Positions 1 through 11,990 of a stretch of 64,000 bases of DNA are shown in pieces (position 1 is the stretch's first letter; every line of letters begins with the position of its first letter). This stretch comes from Macrostomum hystrix. Its lineage: Eukaryota; Animalia; Platyhelminthes. Below the pieces are notes generated by a model, which saw only the letters and a list, made by a program, of their open reading frames with translations, did not search any database and was not told where the DNA came from. Location: positions 8,804,001 through 8,868,000 of the forward strand of contig CATNEN010000039.1 in NCBI GenBank assembly GCA_950097015.1, written 5' to 3'. Made by a program: the position numbers and the translations under genes.

Positions 1-1
1 C

Positions 2-3000
2 AAGGACGTCTGCAGGCAAGCTCCTCGCCGGTCAGCTGCCAGCTTCGCTGACCCAGCTCGGGCAGCGCAGTCGTGCTCGGCCGCAAGTGCGTGTGCAAGC
101 TGCGGCGGCGCCCATAGTCGGCAGCAGTGTAAGCTGCGCGAGGCCAAATGCCACGGCTGCGGTAAGGTCGGCCACATCCGGAAGGTGTGCAAGTCATCCA
201 GGCTGCACAAAGTAGATCCCGAGCCGGCTGAGGCGCAGGAGCCCCTTTTCAGCCTTAGGCAAGGCGGATCAAGCAAGGGACTGGTAGTCAAGTTGCTTGT
301 TCAGGGCAGCCCATGCTGTTTCGAGGTGGACACCGGGTCCGCCCTCACTGTCATACCCAAGAACCTGCAAGAGGAGGTCCTGCCGGACTTGCGCTTGTCG
401 CCGACCTCCACGGTGCTGCGTACCTACACTGGAGAAAGCTTTCGGCCAGTCGGGCAGGCGGAGGTCACCGTCCAGCACAACAGCCAGGACCTGCGGCTGC
501 CACTGCTGGTCGTCGAACAAGGCGACGTCGCGTTGCTCGGCCGAGACTGGCTGGCGAAGCTGAAACTTGACTGGCCGAGGATCTTCGGGCAAGTCAACTC
601 GGTGACTGGCGAGGCGGATGGTCTGATCGCGCAGTTTCCCGAGGTCTTCCAAGGCGGCCTGGGCACCTATCGGCACGGCGAGGTGAAGCTGCACATGCCT
701 GCGGAGGCTAAGCCACGCTTTTTCAAGGCCAGGCCGGTCCCCTACGCGCTCCGAGAACGCGTTGACGACGAGCTTCGGCGGATGGAGGCGGACGGCATCA
801 TCACATCAGTCAAGTACTCAGACTGGGCGGCGCCCATCGTGCCCGTGGTTAAGAAGAACGGTGCAGTGCGGATCTGCGGAGACTATAAGCTGACCTACAA
901 TGCGGAGGCTACGCCAGAGCTGTACCCGCTGCCGCGCATCGAAGACTTGTTCGCTAAGTTGGGCGGCGGCTGCAAGTGGTCCAAGCTGGACATGTCGAAC
1001 GCCTTTCTGCAGCTGCCCCTGTCTAAGGACAGTAAGATTTTCTTGACCATCAATACGCAGCGAGGTCTGTTCCAGCTGAACCGCATGCCATTTGGCATCA
1101 ACTGCGCCAGCGCCGTGTTCCAGCGCACGCTCGACTCTCTGCTCGGTGACCTGGAGTCGGTGCAAGTCTTCGTTGACGATATCCTGGTGACAGGCAGAAC
1201 TCTGCAGCATCATCGCGAGAATCTCACCAAGGTCCTTCAACGCCTCCAGGAGGCGGGTCTACGGTTAAACAAGGACAAGTGCGAGTTCTTCCGCGACTCG
1301 GTCGATTACCTGGGCCATCGGATCGACAGCCAAGGTCTGCGGCCGCTGGCGGAGAAGGTGACGGCAGTGCAGGACGCGCCGGCGCCCACTGATTGCAGTC
1401 AGCTTCGAGCCTATCTCGGCATGCTAACTCACTACGGTAAGTTTCTGCCTCATCTGTCTACCGTGGTCGCTCCGCTCAACCAGTTGCTGACTAAGAACGC
1501 CCGCTGGTGCTGGGGAGAGCCCCAGCAGCTGGCCTTCCAGAGGTCCAAGCGCCTACTGCTCGAGTCTCCGGTGCTTGTTCACTACGACTCGAAGCTGCCG
1601 CTGCGATTAGAGTGCGACGCCAGCCCCTACGGACTCGGCGTGGTGCTGACACATCGCATGGACGGCCAGGACCGAGCGATCGCCTTCGCCAGCCGCAGCC
1701 TGACTACGGCTCAGAAGGGCTACTCGCAGCTGGACAAAGAGGCCCTTGCGATCATGTTCGGCCTCCAGCGTTTCAATCAGTTCCTGCAAGGCCGCAAATT
1801 TGTCATCGTGACCGACCACAAGCCGCTCCTGGGACTTCTAGGCGAGCACAAAGGCATCCCTGAGCACGCGGCTGCCCGCATGCAGCGCTGGGCGATCCGC
1901 TTGGCTGGTTATGACTACGTGCTTGAGTTCCGGCCCACCAGCAAACACGCAAACTGCGATTCACTGTCCCGGCTGCCGCTGCCGAGACAGTTCGAGGAGG
2001 AGCCGGCCGTAAACGCCCTGCTGCTCGACGAGGAGACCGGGTCTGCTATCACGGCTCAGGCGGTGGCACGGCACACGCGTTCGGATGCTACCCTCGGCCG
2101 GGTGCTTCGCTGCCTGCAGACTGGCGCCCCGATGGCGTCGTCGGACCTGACGGACTTCGCGAGGCGGCAAGACGAGCTGAGCGTCGAGCAGGGCTGCGTG
2201 CTGTGGGGTGCCCGAGTAGTGGTACCGACGGCCCTGCGGCAAGGCGTGCTGGATGAGCTTCACCAGGCGCACCCCGGCATCAACCGCATGCGAGCGCTGG
2301 CCCGCAGCTACGTCTGGTGGCCCGGTCTGGACAGGCAGCTCGAGACGACCATCAAGGCCTGCCGGACTTGCATGCTGAACCAGGCCGATCCGCCCAAGGC
2401 GCCGGTGCAGCCGTGGCCGTTCCCAGCCGAACCGTGGGCAAGGCTGCACATTGACTTCGCCGGGCCCGTCAACGGCCGCACCTACCTGGTCATTGTGGAC
2501 GCCTTCAGTAAGTGGCCGGAGGTTCTGCAGGTGCACAGTGTGACGGCGGCGGCGACCATTGAGCGTCTTCGTGAGGTGTTCGCGAGACTGGGCATTCCGC
2601 GCGTGCTGGTCTCTGACAACGGCACGCAGTTTACCTCAGGGGAGTTCAGCGAGTTCACCAGGCGCAACGGCATTCGTCACGTCTTCTCGGCGCCCTTCCA
2701 CCCGGCCACTAACGGCCAGGCGGAGAGATTCGTGCAGGTGCTCAAGCGACATCTGCTCAAGAGCGGCCACTCGACAGCCGCACTGCAACAAATGCTAATT
2801 TCCTACCGCAACACGCCGCACTCAATCACCGGCGCGGCCCCCAGTCAGCTGCTCATCGGTCGCAGACTACGCAGCCGGCTGGACCTACTGATGCCATCGC
2901 TGACGAACAGCATGCAGCAGCGCCAAGAGCAGCAAGTGGAGCAGCAGCCGCGAGCACGCGAGTTCCATGCCGGCGACCCAGTGCTGCTGCGCGACTTCAG

Positions 3001-3352
3001 CTCGGAGGCCAGGACCGGCGGCGGCCGCTGGACAGAGGGCACTGTCGTTTCCGCCGGGTCCCGCAACTGCGCCGTCGATGTTCGCGGAACTATCCACCGG
3101 CGGCACACAAACCAGCTGCTGTCGGCCGCCCTCCCACCGCCGACAACTCCCGTGACCCCGCTAGTAGTCACAGCCGAGGCACCGTCGACCTTGGCGGAGC
3201 CTGGCGGTCAGGACATCGAGGCGCCGACAGTCGGGGCAGCCGCCGACGCCACCGACGCCGCCGACGCTAGCGATGCAACGTCCCCGACAGACACACCAGC
3301 TCGTCGCTACCCGCTACGGCAAAGGCGACCACCCGAGCGGTTGCAATCGTGA
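2..3352 (+). CDS. Gag-Pol polyprotein (5'-partial), single ORF
   Basis: Frame is open from base 2: knuckles CASCGGAHSRQQC and CHGCGKVGHIRKVC, protease VDTGS, RT FVDD, RNase H CDAS...TDHKPL, integrase HQAHPG..C..C, DFAGP, SDNG, AERFV. Confidence 0.95.
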   Translation, partial: KDVCRQAPRRSAASFADPARAAQSCSAASACASCGGAHSRQQCKLREAKCHGCGKVGHIRKVCKSSRLHKVDPEPAEAQEPLFSLRQGGSSKGLVVKLLVQGSPCCFEVDTGSALTVIPKNLQEEVLPDLRLSPTSTVLRTYTGESFRPVGQAEVTVQHNSQDLRLPLLVVEQGDVALLGRDWLAKLKLDWPRIFGQVNSVTGEADGLIAQFPEVFQGGLGTYRHGEVKLHMPAEAKPRFFKARPVPYALRERVDDELRRMEADGIITSVKYSDWAAPIVPVVKKNGAVRICGDYKLTYNAEATPELYPLPRIEDLFAKLGGGCKWSKLDMSNAFLQLPLSKDSKIFLTINTQRGLFQLNRMPFGINCASAVFQRTLDSLLGDLESVQVFVDDILVTGRTLQHHRENLTKVLQRLQEAGLRLNKDKCEFFRDSVDYLGHRIDSQGLRPLAEKVTAVQDAPAPTDCSQLRAYLGMLTHYGKFLPHLSTVVAPLNQLLTKNARWCWGEPQQLAFQRSKRLLLESPVLVHYDSKLPLRLECDASPYGLGVVLTHRMDGQDRAIAFASRSLTTAQKGYSQLDKEALAIMFGLQRFNQFLQGRKFVIVTDHKPLLGLLGEHKGIPEHAAARMQRWAIRLAGYDYVLEFRPTSKHANCDSLSRLPLPRQFEEEPAVNALLLDEETGSAITAQAVARHTRSDATLGRVLRCLQTGAPMASSDLTDFARRQDELSVEQGCVLWGARVVVPTALRQGVLDELHQAHPGINRMRALARSYVWWPGLDRQLETTIKACRTCMLNQADPPKAPVQPWPFPAEPWARLHIDFAGPVNGRTYLVIVDAFSKWPEVLQVHSVTAAATIERLREVFARLGIPRVLVSDNGTQFTSGEFSEFTRRNGIRHVFSAPFHPATNGQAERFVQVLKRHLLKSGHSTAALQQMLISYRNTPHSITGAAPSQLLIGRRLRSRLDLLMPSLTNSMQQRQEQQVEQQPRAREFHAGDPVLLRDFSSEARTGGGRWTEGTVVSAGSRNCAVDVRGTIHRRHTNQLLSAALPPPTTPVTPLVVTAEAPSTLAEPGGQDIEAPTVGAAADATDAADASDATSPTDTPARRYPLRQRRPPERLQS

Positions 3353-3410
3353 TTAGGGACTCGAATGGACTATGCGGATCGACTGGGATGTTTCTAGCCT
3401 AGGGGGGAGA

Positions 3411-3691
3411 TGTCGGGCTATGTCAATTGTTAGTGCAGTCACAGTCGTTGTTGTAATAGTTCAGTTTATTTAAGTGCGCGCGCGCCACCCCCGCCGCTGT
3501 TATTTACTTTGATGTGTCTTATACAACCACCCATCCTCCACCCTATTGTTATCTCGTGTGATTGCTGAATCATGCCTGTCTGGCACAATATATATTGATC
3601 GAAGGTGCACGGCTAGAGTTTGCGCTTGTGACTGTCCTGCAACCTGCTCAATGCGTTTGCTTCTGTTCTTCAATTAACCCACGACTTCACA
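3411..3691 (+). repeat. Putative 3' LTR of Gypsy-1
   Basis: Starts TGTCGGG directly after the PPT; TATA-like AATATATA near 3587; candidate CA end at 3691 (3697 also possible). The 5' LTR is not in the window, so the end cannot be confirmed. Confidence 0.6.
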
Positions 3692-5394
3692 GTAACAAAA
3701 AATATTAACAATTTATGCGCCCTGACTTTTGTCCTTACTTGTGTGAGAATAGCCGTGCACTGTATTAGACAGTACTTAACCAAATTTGGGAATTATTTTT
3801 AATACTATTTTACTTGTCCGAGTCTGTCCATCATCGTCTGGCTCAACTAAATTAGACTCACCTTAGACCTCAGTCTCGTTAAACTCAATTTGACTAACTT
3901 CGTCTGTCCGGTGAGTTGTAGTAAGTCGGCAGCTCCCGACCGCCTCCGGTTACACTGAAAGTTAATTCGAGAGAAGCTTGTCCCACGCATTTCCACGACA
4001 CCTGTGCCTGCAAAACGTTGCCCTGTTTATAACAAATTCTTAACTTTTGACTTTACAGCCTGATGCATAGTAGGGCTGACAATTTTAAATAGTTGAAAAG
4101 AATAATTTTTCCGACTTCGATCCAATTTTCCTAATTTTATCTGCTGAGCACATGGCATGCTTCTGACACATTCTCAGCCTTTGTCTGCTCGGAGCAGTCA
4201 ATTATAAAACGGCGAGGTTTTGACGAGCGGCATTTGCTGAACCGTTAACTAACTTGGCAAGGAGAAATAACTGCCACTTTCAAGTAAAAAATTTTACGTG
4301 TTTATTGATTGTAGCGTCGCCGTCTCATCGTATCTTGTCGATCAGAATCCTTTATACGAGTAATTAAACGTCACAAAAACTCGGTGCATGGATTGAAAGC
4401 GTCTGGGAAAAAGCTGAAGTGTAAACAATATTCCGGCGGCACCATGTTAACAAACCTTATAGACTCAAGTTCTTATCTACGAGTACTCAGGGAAGGACTG
4501 CTAGACAAGCCTCATACGCATTTCTATTGGATGCCTATCAATCAATCTGTACCACAACTTGCATGGACCAGTTTAGCCGGCGCTGCGATATTTACACGGC
4601 TAAGTGCTTGCATATTCTTTATTTTTATTTTCAGAAGGAGCTTACAGAGATTGCGTGAGCTCGAGGCAGGGGCTACCGTGCCGCAGATGCCCAGCCCATA
4701 TTCTTCGAGGCCCGCATTAGCTCGTCACATTTCGTCATCATCCGGCCGGTGGCGTGTCGGTTCTGCTCCGCAGTTCTGACCGTCCCGCGGGGAGTCGCTC
4801 GCCCGTTGCGTGCCGCAGCGAATATGAAAAGCAGCGAGAATTGTAATTCTTCTTTAAGACGAAGGAAGGGGAAAGTCTGAAAGTAATTCTTCGGCATTAA
4901 GTTATGCAGGAATATGAAATTTCGCGACCTGATGCGCAAAGCGGATGAGCGTCCGCAATGGCGTGACAACGCAAATTATTGGCTTGGACTCACTGACTGC
5001 TGACCAACAGCACCGGGGTATGATCGGTGTGATAAGCGAACTCAGTGTCTAATTAGGACTCTTGGCTTCATCCGAAATTTGAATGACTCCATATTACTGT
5101 CCGCTCGCGCTTTTGAGTCCTGGTATTGAAGACGAAGTAATTTTAGTGAATAGTTCCGAGCCCTGCTAGTATCGTCGATAAGACTGATGTTTTCAAAGAC
5201 ATAGAAAGTGGTGGACATTTAAAAGTTGTTCCGGTTGCATTGCAATAAAAATGCATTAGAAAACCTGCCGTTTTATGAAACCTGATTTGAGGATTGCTAT
5301 TTTATGAGTTTTATCTAATCGTGCACAATTAGTGAGACTTCTATTGTTCTGTCTGTCGCTTAAGCTGATATGATGGCAGATATAATGAGCTGAT

Positions 5395-5510
5395 GTTATG
5401 GCTGAAATACGATTCTAGCTAAGCTGTTATCGTATTATGGCTAAGATGCTATGAGATTATGACTAAAATGCTATCAGATTATGGCTAAAATGCTATGAGA
5501 TTATGGCTAT
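5395..5510. repeat. Degenerate 22-bp tandem repeat
   Basis: About 5 copies of GATTATGGCTAAAATGCTATGA variants. Confidence 0.7.
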
Positions 5511-6261
5511 ACTTCAGTGAGGTTGCTAAACAGGTGCTTAACATGAAACTTTAAATTATTTAGCGATTAGGAATTTTACGGAATCCACTGGGGTCCCCGA
5601 AGGTGGGCAAAGCTTTCTCGCACTGAACTGAATTCCAATGTAATCTGTAACATTTGCCGACCTGAACTCGTTGCATTCTCAATACGTGAGTGTACTGAGT
5701 ACCCCCAGTTCCATGGATGAATGATTGGCGTTGAACATTTGACGGAGCTAAGAACTTCAAAGCTTAGGAAATGAAAAAAAATTATTAAATCTTAACCTGA
5801 CGCCGCAGACTTCCGGTCGCAGGAACTGCTCAGAAAGTACTTTCAATTAGATTAATGAACTGCAATTGGCCGTGTCGTGTGTTAAATTTTTAAATAGCGC
5901 GCATGCTCTAAGCTTCAATCGAAACAAATGAAGTATGAAATCCGCTTTCCTTTTGGCTTTACCAGATTTGAAAGAGAAGAGAAAATGAAAATGAAACAAT
6001 GATTGTATTTGTGCAGTACGCCACGCATGCTGCTGTAATTAAATTTGAGAAAGGCGAGGCATGTCATCTCTGTCAGACCAAGAGAGGCTGAGGCTGAGTT
6101 TCCAAGAGCAATGGCAAGATAATGAGCGAGTTGCATTCACTGAATTCCAAAATTAGACCTTTCGTATTTCAAAATTTGCTGATCTCTAATGGGCTAGCTT
6201 TGCTGCAAGTTCAAATTCTGAAATGTTACATTAAGCTGCTAGGAGTGTGTGGCTGTGGGCG

Positions 6262-6600
6262 AGCAGGGCTGTGGGCAATGGCACATCACTTGGTTACACA
6301 GACCTGCAGCCAGCGAGGAGGCAATTCTGCCCATTTCGCTGACTCCTGAGCATACACGCACACAGATACTGTACGCAGGTACACGCTCACACAGGTGTGA
6401 CTTTCTCCGTCAGGCAGTGTACACTGCCACAGTGCCTTCTAGGTTGGCCCTCAAGGATGTAAATTGCACGACAAGCCCCCAAGCCTTCTCTCCGAGTCTG
6501 CGTCCCAAATAAATGTGGCCTCACCGTGGAATCGAACTTAGGGACAGTGGTGCGTTAAACGCATTAACGGCTCTGCAACCGACCTCCGTGGCTAAGCTTA
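6262..6600 (-). mobile_element. tRNA-headed SINE-like dispersed repeat
   Basis: Minus strand has A-box-like TGCAGAGCCGTT and B-box GTTCGATTCC; the body is clearly similar to 61672-61940, and a 38-bp piece (1 mismatch) recurs at about 46195-46232. Confidence 0.65.
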
Positions 6601-9600
6601 GGCTCCTACGAATATCATTTTTTATATATTGATCGACAAAAACCATCGCTCTGTTGAAATGCAAGACGGTCAGTTTGAAAGCTATGAAAAACCGTGATTC
6701 AGTATAGTAAGTAACTTTACTCCCAATTCTCCCAGGAGTTATTATTATCGGCTTAGTCATGGCTTCAGTTGTAGAGGCAGGGAAGTTGACGATTTGTTTT
6801 GTGGAACGCATAGAGAAGTCGATTGTATTATTAAAGTCGGCTTTCGGACTCAAAGGTCTCAAGCAGCATTCCATATTATATTTACACAGCCCCTTGAGAT
6901 TTCGGAATTGCATTTTGGGCCTCAGAATTGGCCGTTTCGCAAAAGTCCGCATTAAAAAGTTTCTATAGCATAATTACAATTCTAAAAAGACATTGAGCCG
7001 AAAAAACTACTCGTATTATTTCTAGGTGTCATTAGCCAATCTTAATTGAAAAATGTTAGCAGTCTCGCTCAGCCTTTGCAGAAACGCAAATAAAGCGATA
7101 GCCATTACGACATTGGGCATGTCATTCGAAATGTCAAAAGCGGCCTTCTCGCCAAAGTCTATAAAAAATGGATCAGAGGCAGGAATATTAAAGTGCACGA
7201 ATTTTCAGCCAAGTGTATCGCATCCGGCACTTTTTCCTAGGGTGCAAATGCGATTCATTAATGAGTACTGGAGCCATTATCGTGTAAAAAAACTGACGAA
7301 TTACTAATGCTTAGTACCAAATCATTTATATTTCATGACTAGGAGACTGGCACCAATGCGCATGAAGTCATGACTTAGCTATCTACAAAAACTAAACTAA
7401 ACTACAAAAACTTTTCATGCCTTTTTCAGCGGTAATTCAATTAAATATTTGTTGTCCAACCAGCAACTTGCATGAATTCGTCAGGTTTTCTATCAGCTTG
7501 AGCCTGCGCACAGAACGCATGACACATTCGCTAATTTCAACTGGCAGAGACAATGAAACCAAGGGGATGTGCACAAAGTAAAGCTGTTATACTTTTGAAA
7601 TCACAGTTTGAAAACCTTTGTTTTTGGCTGGACGAAGGCTTTGGATCAGCTCTAAGCCTGCAGTAAGGGAGGTGAGTGGCAGAGCGGTTTACTGTCGAGA
7701 GACCACGCTATTTTCCCTCATGGGGAAAGACCACGGGTAAGTATTTAAAATAACCAGTGCCTACTTTACGATAGCTCCCGAACCGAATGACTGCCGTTTA
7801 TAATGAGCTGGCTTTCAAAGCCGCATCATCGAGACATTCAGCGATTCTTGTCGAAGACCCTGGTGACAAGGACAACTAAAATTGCTGTGTATAAAGCTCT
7901 ACTGCGAATTTATTGTGGTGACTGGGCTTAATTAAGGTGCCCAGTGCACGTTGTGCGCAAGCGAACCCCCCAGTGGTTGTTTATTTATTCGGCCATAATG
8001 GTCATGAGCTCCATCTGGGCTTTTTACGAAGACGGTCATAACATTCGTAGCTTCGACCTAGGAGAATGACGCCTATGAAGCACGTTGAGTCGGCAAATTT
8101 TAACGGTAGCCTAAAGACGTTGAACTATGAGTACTTAATGTACATATTGGCGCTCGAGAATAATTAAACGAACTTATAAATTTAAATTAAATTTAAATAG
8201 TGTCTACATCTGTACATCTGTATCGACGGGAAGGTCATGACGTGACCTCGCCCAATGCGGCTTTCCATGCATGCACCGAAGAAATTTAATTTCCGTGAGT
8301 CCCCGGGTTTTCGCAGAAATTTTCCTAGCATACTACTGATTGGCGAACATGAGCCACATTGTGTCACAAACAAGATAATATTATATAAAAAACTTATTAC
8401 CAATGACATCTGACTACTTTGCCTGAGAAGCAATTCACTTGTCAGCGACTTCAATGAGCTTCGCGGAATCAGCGCTGCCTACCACACGATGACTTAACCA
8501 TATGACGGAACTATGATATTTTTTGCAGCGTAAGCTTCCGTCAACCTGGAGCAGCGTATTATGCCACCCTGGAGCAATAGACTCATCAGAAGATTTCAGA
8601 AGCTGTATGCTGTACGCCAATTATTGTCAAAAAGTGCAGTCGAAGGTTTTACTAGTCTGTGCCAACAGCAGCGGCAGCGGGACGGTCAACGAAGTTGGAC
8701 GCAGGCAGACTGTGCATTCAAAAGTTTTTAATTCCAGAACGGGTTTCGCCGTCAGAACCCCGAAAAAGAATAGTTCGCATGGACTGCAATAGGAAGAAGC
8801 AGATAAACAAAAAGTGTCGGCGCCCGCTAGCTACCAGGGGCCGATGCGTCTAGTCACGCCATCGAAAATGTGTGAAGTAGGCATTGACGGCGACGCTTCT
8901 TCGAGTTTTGCGGTTGGAAAAAGCGCATCGTAGCTGTTCGCTGCAGCTGTGCATGGTGGACCTGCCATCAGTCTTAACAACGCATTTGATGCAACAACTT
9001 CCGCAGATTCAGTTGCGGACGCTAAGCAAACCGAAGGCGATGAGAACTTACTGAGCCTGCATCCGAGTCAGTGCATACAAGCGGTTGCCTCTTCTTCACT
9101 CACACTATCTAACCATGCAATTCAGCATTGCTTGTACAACGACTCACCCAATTCTTCCTCAGCTCTACGAGACATTGTAACTCGCATTGTAGAGCTAATT
9201 CTCAACTGGGGTGACACCAGCGGCGTGAACGCGGCCTTGGTTTTAGCACCTAGGCGACATCAGAAAAACAGCATCGAGCGTGGATGCAAACGTCAGGTTC
9301 AATGGAGGCTGGCACAAACGCCATCGTCATCGACGGTGTCCATTGCGGAGTCGGTTGCGCTCGGATGATTCGCAACCCAGAGCCTTCTCTGGTGGACGGA
9401 CTGGACTGCCTTATAATCCATGCGAATTACATTACATGGATTACATGCGGTCAGGGCCTAGCCGCTCTCTAGGTTCCTGATTTTCAGCTTCTGTCAGTAA
9501 ATCTGACTAGAACTTTTCAATGCCTAAAACTGGCGTGAGCCTTTCATTTTCAATAAAAAAAATATTTTTTGGCTGATTTCAAAGCGCATAACTCAGATTT

Positions 9601-10454
9601 ACTATTGCGTCTCTTTGTTTGTGTAATTTTCAAGAGAACAGCTGCACACACTAAATTAAAAAAAAGTAATTTAGAGTAGAAATTTTGAGTCCTGTCGAAA
9701 TTCGCCAGACTGCCGAAAAAGCCGATCAAGCTTGGCACTTGACATTAGCAATTCAATTAAATATTACTTCTATATTTTGCAACTCTTTTGAGATCATGGT
9801 CATTGAATGTTAAGTCGACCTGAGTAGTTCTCAATATTTCGGCAAATTTATTATAGAATGCGTCGGTTTACCCTGAACATGTATTACTGTTGATGGCCAG
9901 GGGCCTGCGATCGGTAATTTATTATTAGAAAATAACCCAAAAGCTAAGCTTAAAATGGATTTCATGTCACGCACAAATTTCAAGCCGTGCTGCAAATGTT
10001 CAAACTTTTTACTCACCGTTAGTACAAATTGCGTCTGATTTGGCATAAAATCTATTTATAGCCAGCCTGGCCATAGACAAAACTTTTTCTTGAATTCTGT
10101 GTAGACTACAAGAGAAATTATCGATCTACGAGAGATAAAGCAGGGTTGAAACACAGTATACTATGTTTGATGGGTCTCCTTAGTTTGGGTCTGAGGAGAG
10201 TCAGTGCCATTTTATTTAATCCCCGGCATGGCCCAGCCAACAGTCTATGGCTGTCATTTAACTGGCCGGGCCAAGAAATCAGTAATTTAATTGACCGGGC
10301 CATTAAACGCCATATAGCAAAATTCAAAATTAAGGATAAGCAGAACATAATGAACAGTAATTTATTAGCATGACAGAACAGCACGAACTCAACAGCTGGC
10401 AGATAGACATCACAAGAATTGTTACACGAAATTGTCAAGTCTACACGCTCTTCA

Positions 10455-11990
10455 TTAGTCGAAATAGATCACTACCTTGTTGTTAGCTCCGTCAGCTTCT
10501 ATTCTCATTTTCTTGCCTTTCGGTTCCAAAACAGAAATTCCAACCTTCTCTAGCGCGACGACATCCGTTTTCTTGGCGTCGGGAGTCACCAGAGGCGTCT
10601 CTGGACCGTCCACAGCCAGAGCCACAGCAAGAGCCGCTTCATTGGCGTTGGGAGCCACCAGAGGCGTCTCTGGACCGTCCACAGCCAGAGCCACAGCAAG
10701 AGCCGCTTCATTGGCGTTGGGAGCCACTAGAGGCGTCTCTAGACCATCCACAGCCAGAGCCACAGCGAGAGCCGCTTCATTGGCGTCGGAAGTCTTGCTC
10801 GTCGAATTCCCGCCAATGATGGCACTAGTGCAACGTTGCATGCTAACAGACATGCCAATGTAGCGTTCAACGGCACTACTACTATGACCTGTGATCCGAC
10901 AAATGTCCGCGCGTTCAATGCCAGCGTCGTGTAGTCGGGTAGCAGTTGTCTTCCGCAAGCTCTGGTTGGTGTACCGTCCAGAATCTTCCGGCACCGCCTT
11001 AGACATCAGGTTGGACACAAGTCCGGCCAAAGAGTGTCGACCCATCGGCGTTTTCGTGAACCATCCAACAGACTTTCCCGGAGCCCAGAACCGATTGGGC
11101 GACAAAAACAGCGCTTGGTCACAGTCCTCAGGTCGCTTCGCGATGTAAGCCTTATAGATGCACACGGTGCATCGCTCATGGCCATCAGAATGGAATGCAC
11201 GGACGACCTTCGGATCCCGTCGCAACCCTTTCAGTCCGCCCTGGTGTGTCTTCGTCACAGAATTGTCCACGTACTTAAGGCACTCGCTCCCATCGACGCA
11301 ATCCAGTCGAATCTGCTTCTCAAATTGCAAATCTCTGAGCTCAGAACCACCACGCAAAGCAAAGTGCTTGCCAACAAGCCACACAATCGCATTGGACAGA
11401 GCTTGAGGTGTCGACTCTCCAAGAAGTTCGGAGCCCCAGAGGCCGTCCTCGACAGACCACGGAATTGCTTCAGCTCGACGGAGTCCAGCACATTTTCCAT
11501 CCCTCGTTGACAGCTTCATCGAGGCATCCAACGCTCGTCGACTCTCGCAAAATTCAGGATCCTTCCAGAAACTCCAATCCTTCTTTAGGGTGTTTTGAAA
11601 GTAGTACTGGATCATCGAAAACAGGTCTTTTAACGTCGATGCGGTGTATCGTTCGCCTTCGTGGGTTCGCACTTCAAATACAAAAAACTTAAGCAGGTAG
11701 TTCAGATCGGCTTTGCTCATTTCTTCGCAACTCTTAATCACCATCAGACCAGGAGCAGATCCATCAGCCCAAGCAGACTTCTTGGCCTCGTGCCATGCGG
11801 TAGAGACGCTCATAGCCCAATCGGCCTTTTTCCTCGTTGACGCAGGTGCGCTTGCCAACAGCTCTCTTTCAATGTCTTCATTTGTCATCATCTTGAAGCG
11901 TTGGACTCCTTCGTGCTTCTCTTCGTAGAAGTCGAGCAGCTCAGCAGATATAAAAAACTCCGACGGGTCTAAAGACGCTCTGCTTTCCAT
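10455..11990 (-). CDS. Crypton-type tyrosine recombinase (DUF3504-like), YR1, full-length 511-aa ORF
   Basis: N-terminal STRKKADWAMSV..W helix, HFALRGGSELR (catalytic R), KTHQGG, TNQSLRKT (HxxR site with H to Q), ITGHSS, VERY (catalytic Y); ATG at 11990. Confidence 0.9.
   Translation of the reverse strand: MESRASLDPSEFFISAELLDFYEEKHEGVQRFKMMTNEDIERELLASAPASTRKKADWAMSVSTAWHEAKKSAWADGSAPGLMVIKSCEEMSKADLNYLLKFFVFEVRTHEGERYTASTLKDLFSMIQYYFQNTLKKDWSFWKDPEFCESRRALDASMKLSTRDGKCAGLRRAEAIPWSVEDGLWGSELLGESTPQALSNAIVWLVGKHFALRGGSELRDLQFEKQIRLDCVDGSECLKYVDNSVTKTHQGGLKGLRRDPKVVRAFHSDGHERCTVCIYKAYIAKRPEDCDQALFLSPNRFWAPGKSVGWFTKTPMGRHSLAGLVSNLMSKAVPEDSGRYTNQSLRKTTATRLHDAGIERADICRITGHSSSAVERYIGMSVSMQRCTSAIIGGNSTSKTSDANEAALAVALAVDGLETPLVAPNANEAALAVALAVDGPETPLVAPNANEAALAVALAVDGPETPLVTPDAKKTDVVALEKVGISVLEPKGKKMRIEADGANNKVVIYFD
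10581..10790 (-). repeat. 3 x 69-bp in-frame repeat in the YR1 C-terminus
   Basis: GAGCCGCTTC recurs at 10631, 10700 and 10769; encodes ANEAALAVALAVDGPETPLVAPN three times. Confidence 0.95.

Larger units (their letters stand above)
1..3691 (+). mobile_element. Gypsy/Ty3 LTR retrotransposon (Gypsy-1), 5' part outside the window
   Basis: Continuous ORF in the order Zn-knuckle, PR, RT, RNase H, IN; polypurine tract AGGGGGGAGA at 3401-3410 followed by TG at 3411. The 3' end is approximate. Confidence 0.93.

Noticed and set aside
269-3171. Antisense and alternate-frame ORFs over the retrotransposon polyproteins (also 23803-27907 and 29429-34224)
   Set aside because: Shadow ORFs of GC-rich coding sequence.
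4855-5003. Possible C-terminal relic of an RTE-like LINE (DLMRKADERPQWR)
   Set aside because: Too short and degenerate to support a call.
5560-7307. Possible helicase/ATPase relic (FIHGTGGT on the minus strand)
   Set aside because: The Walker A GK[ST] is missing and no other motifs could be found.
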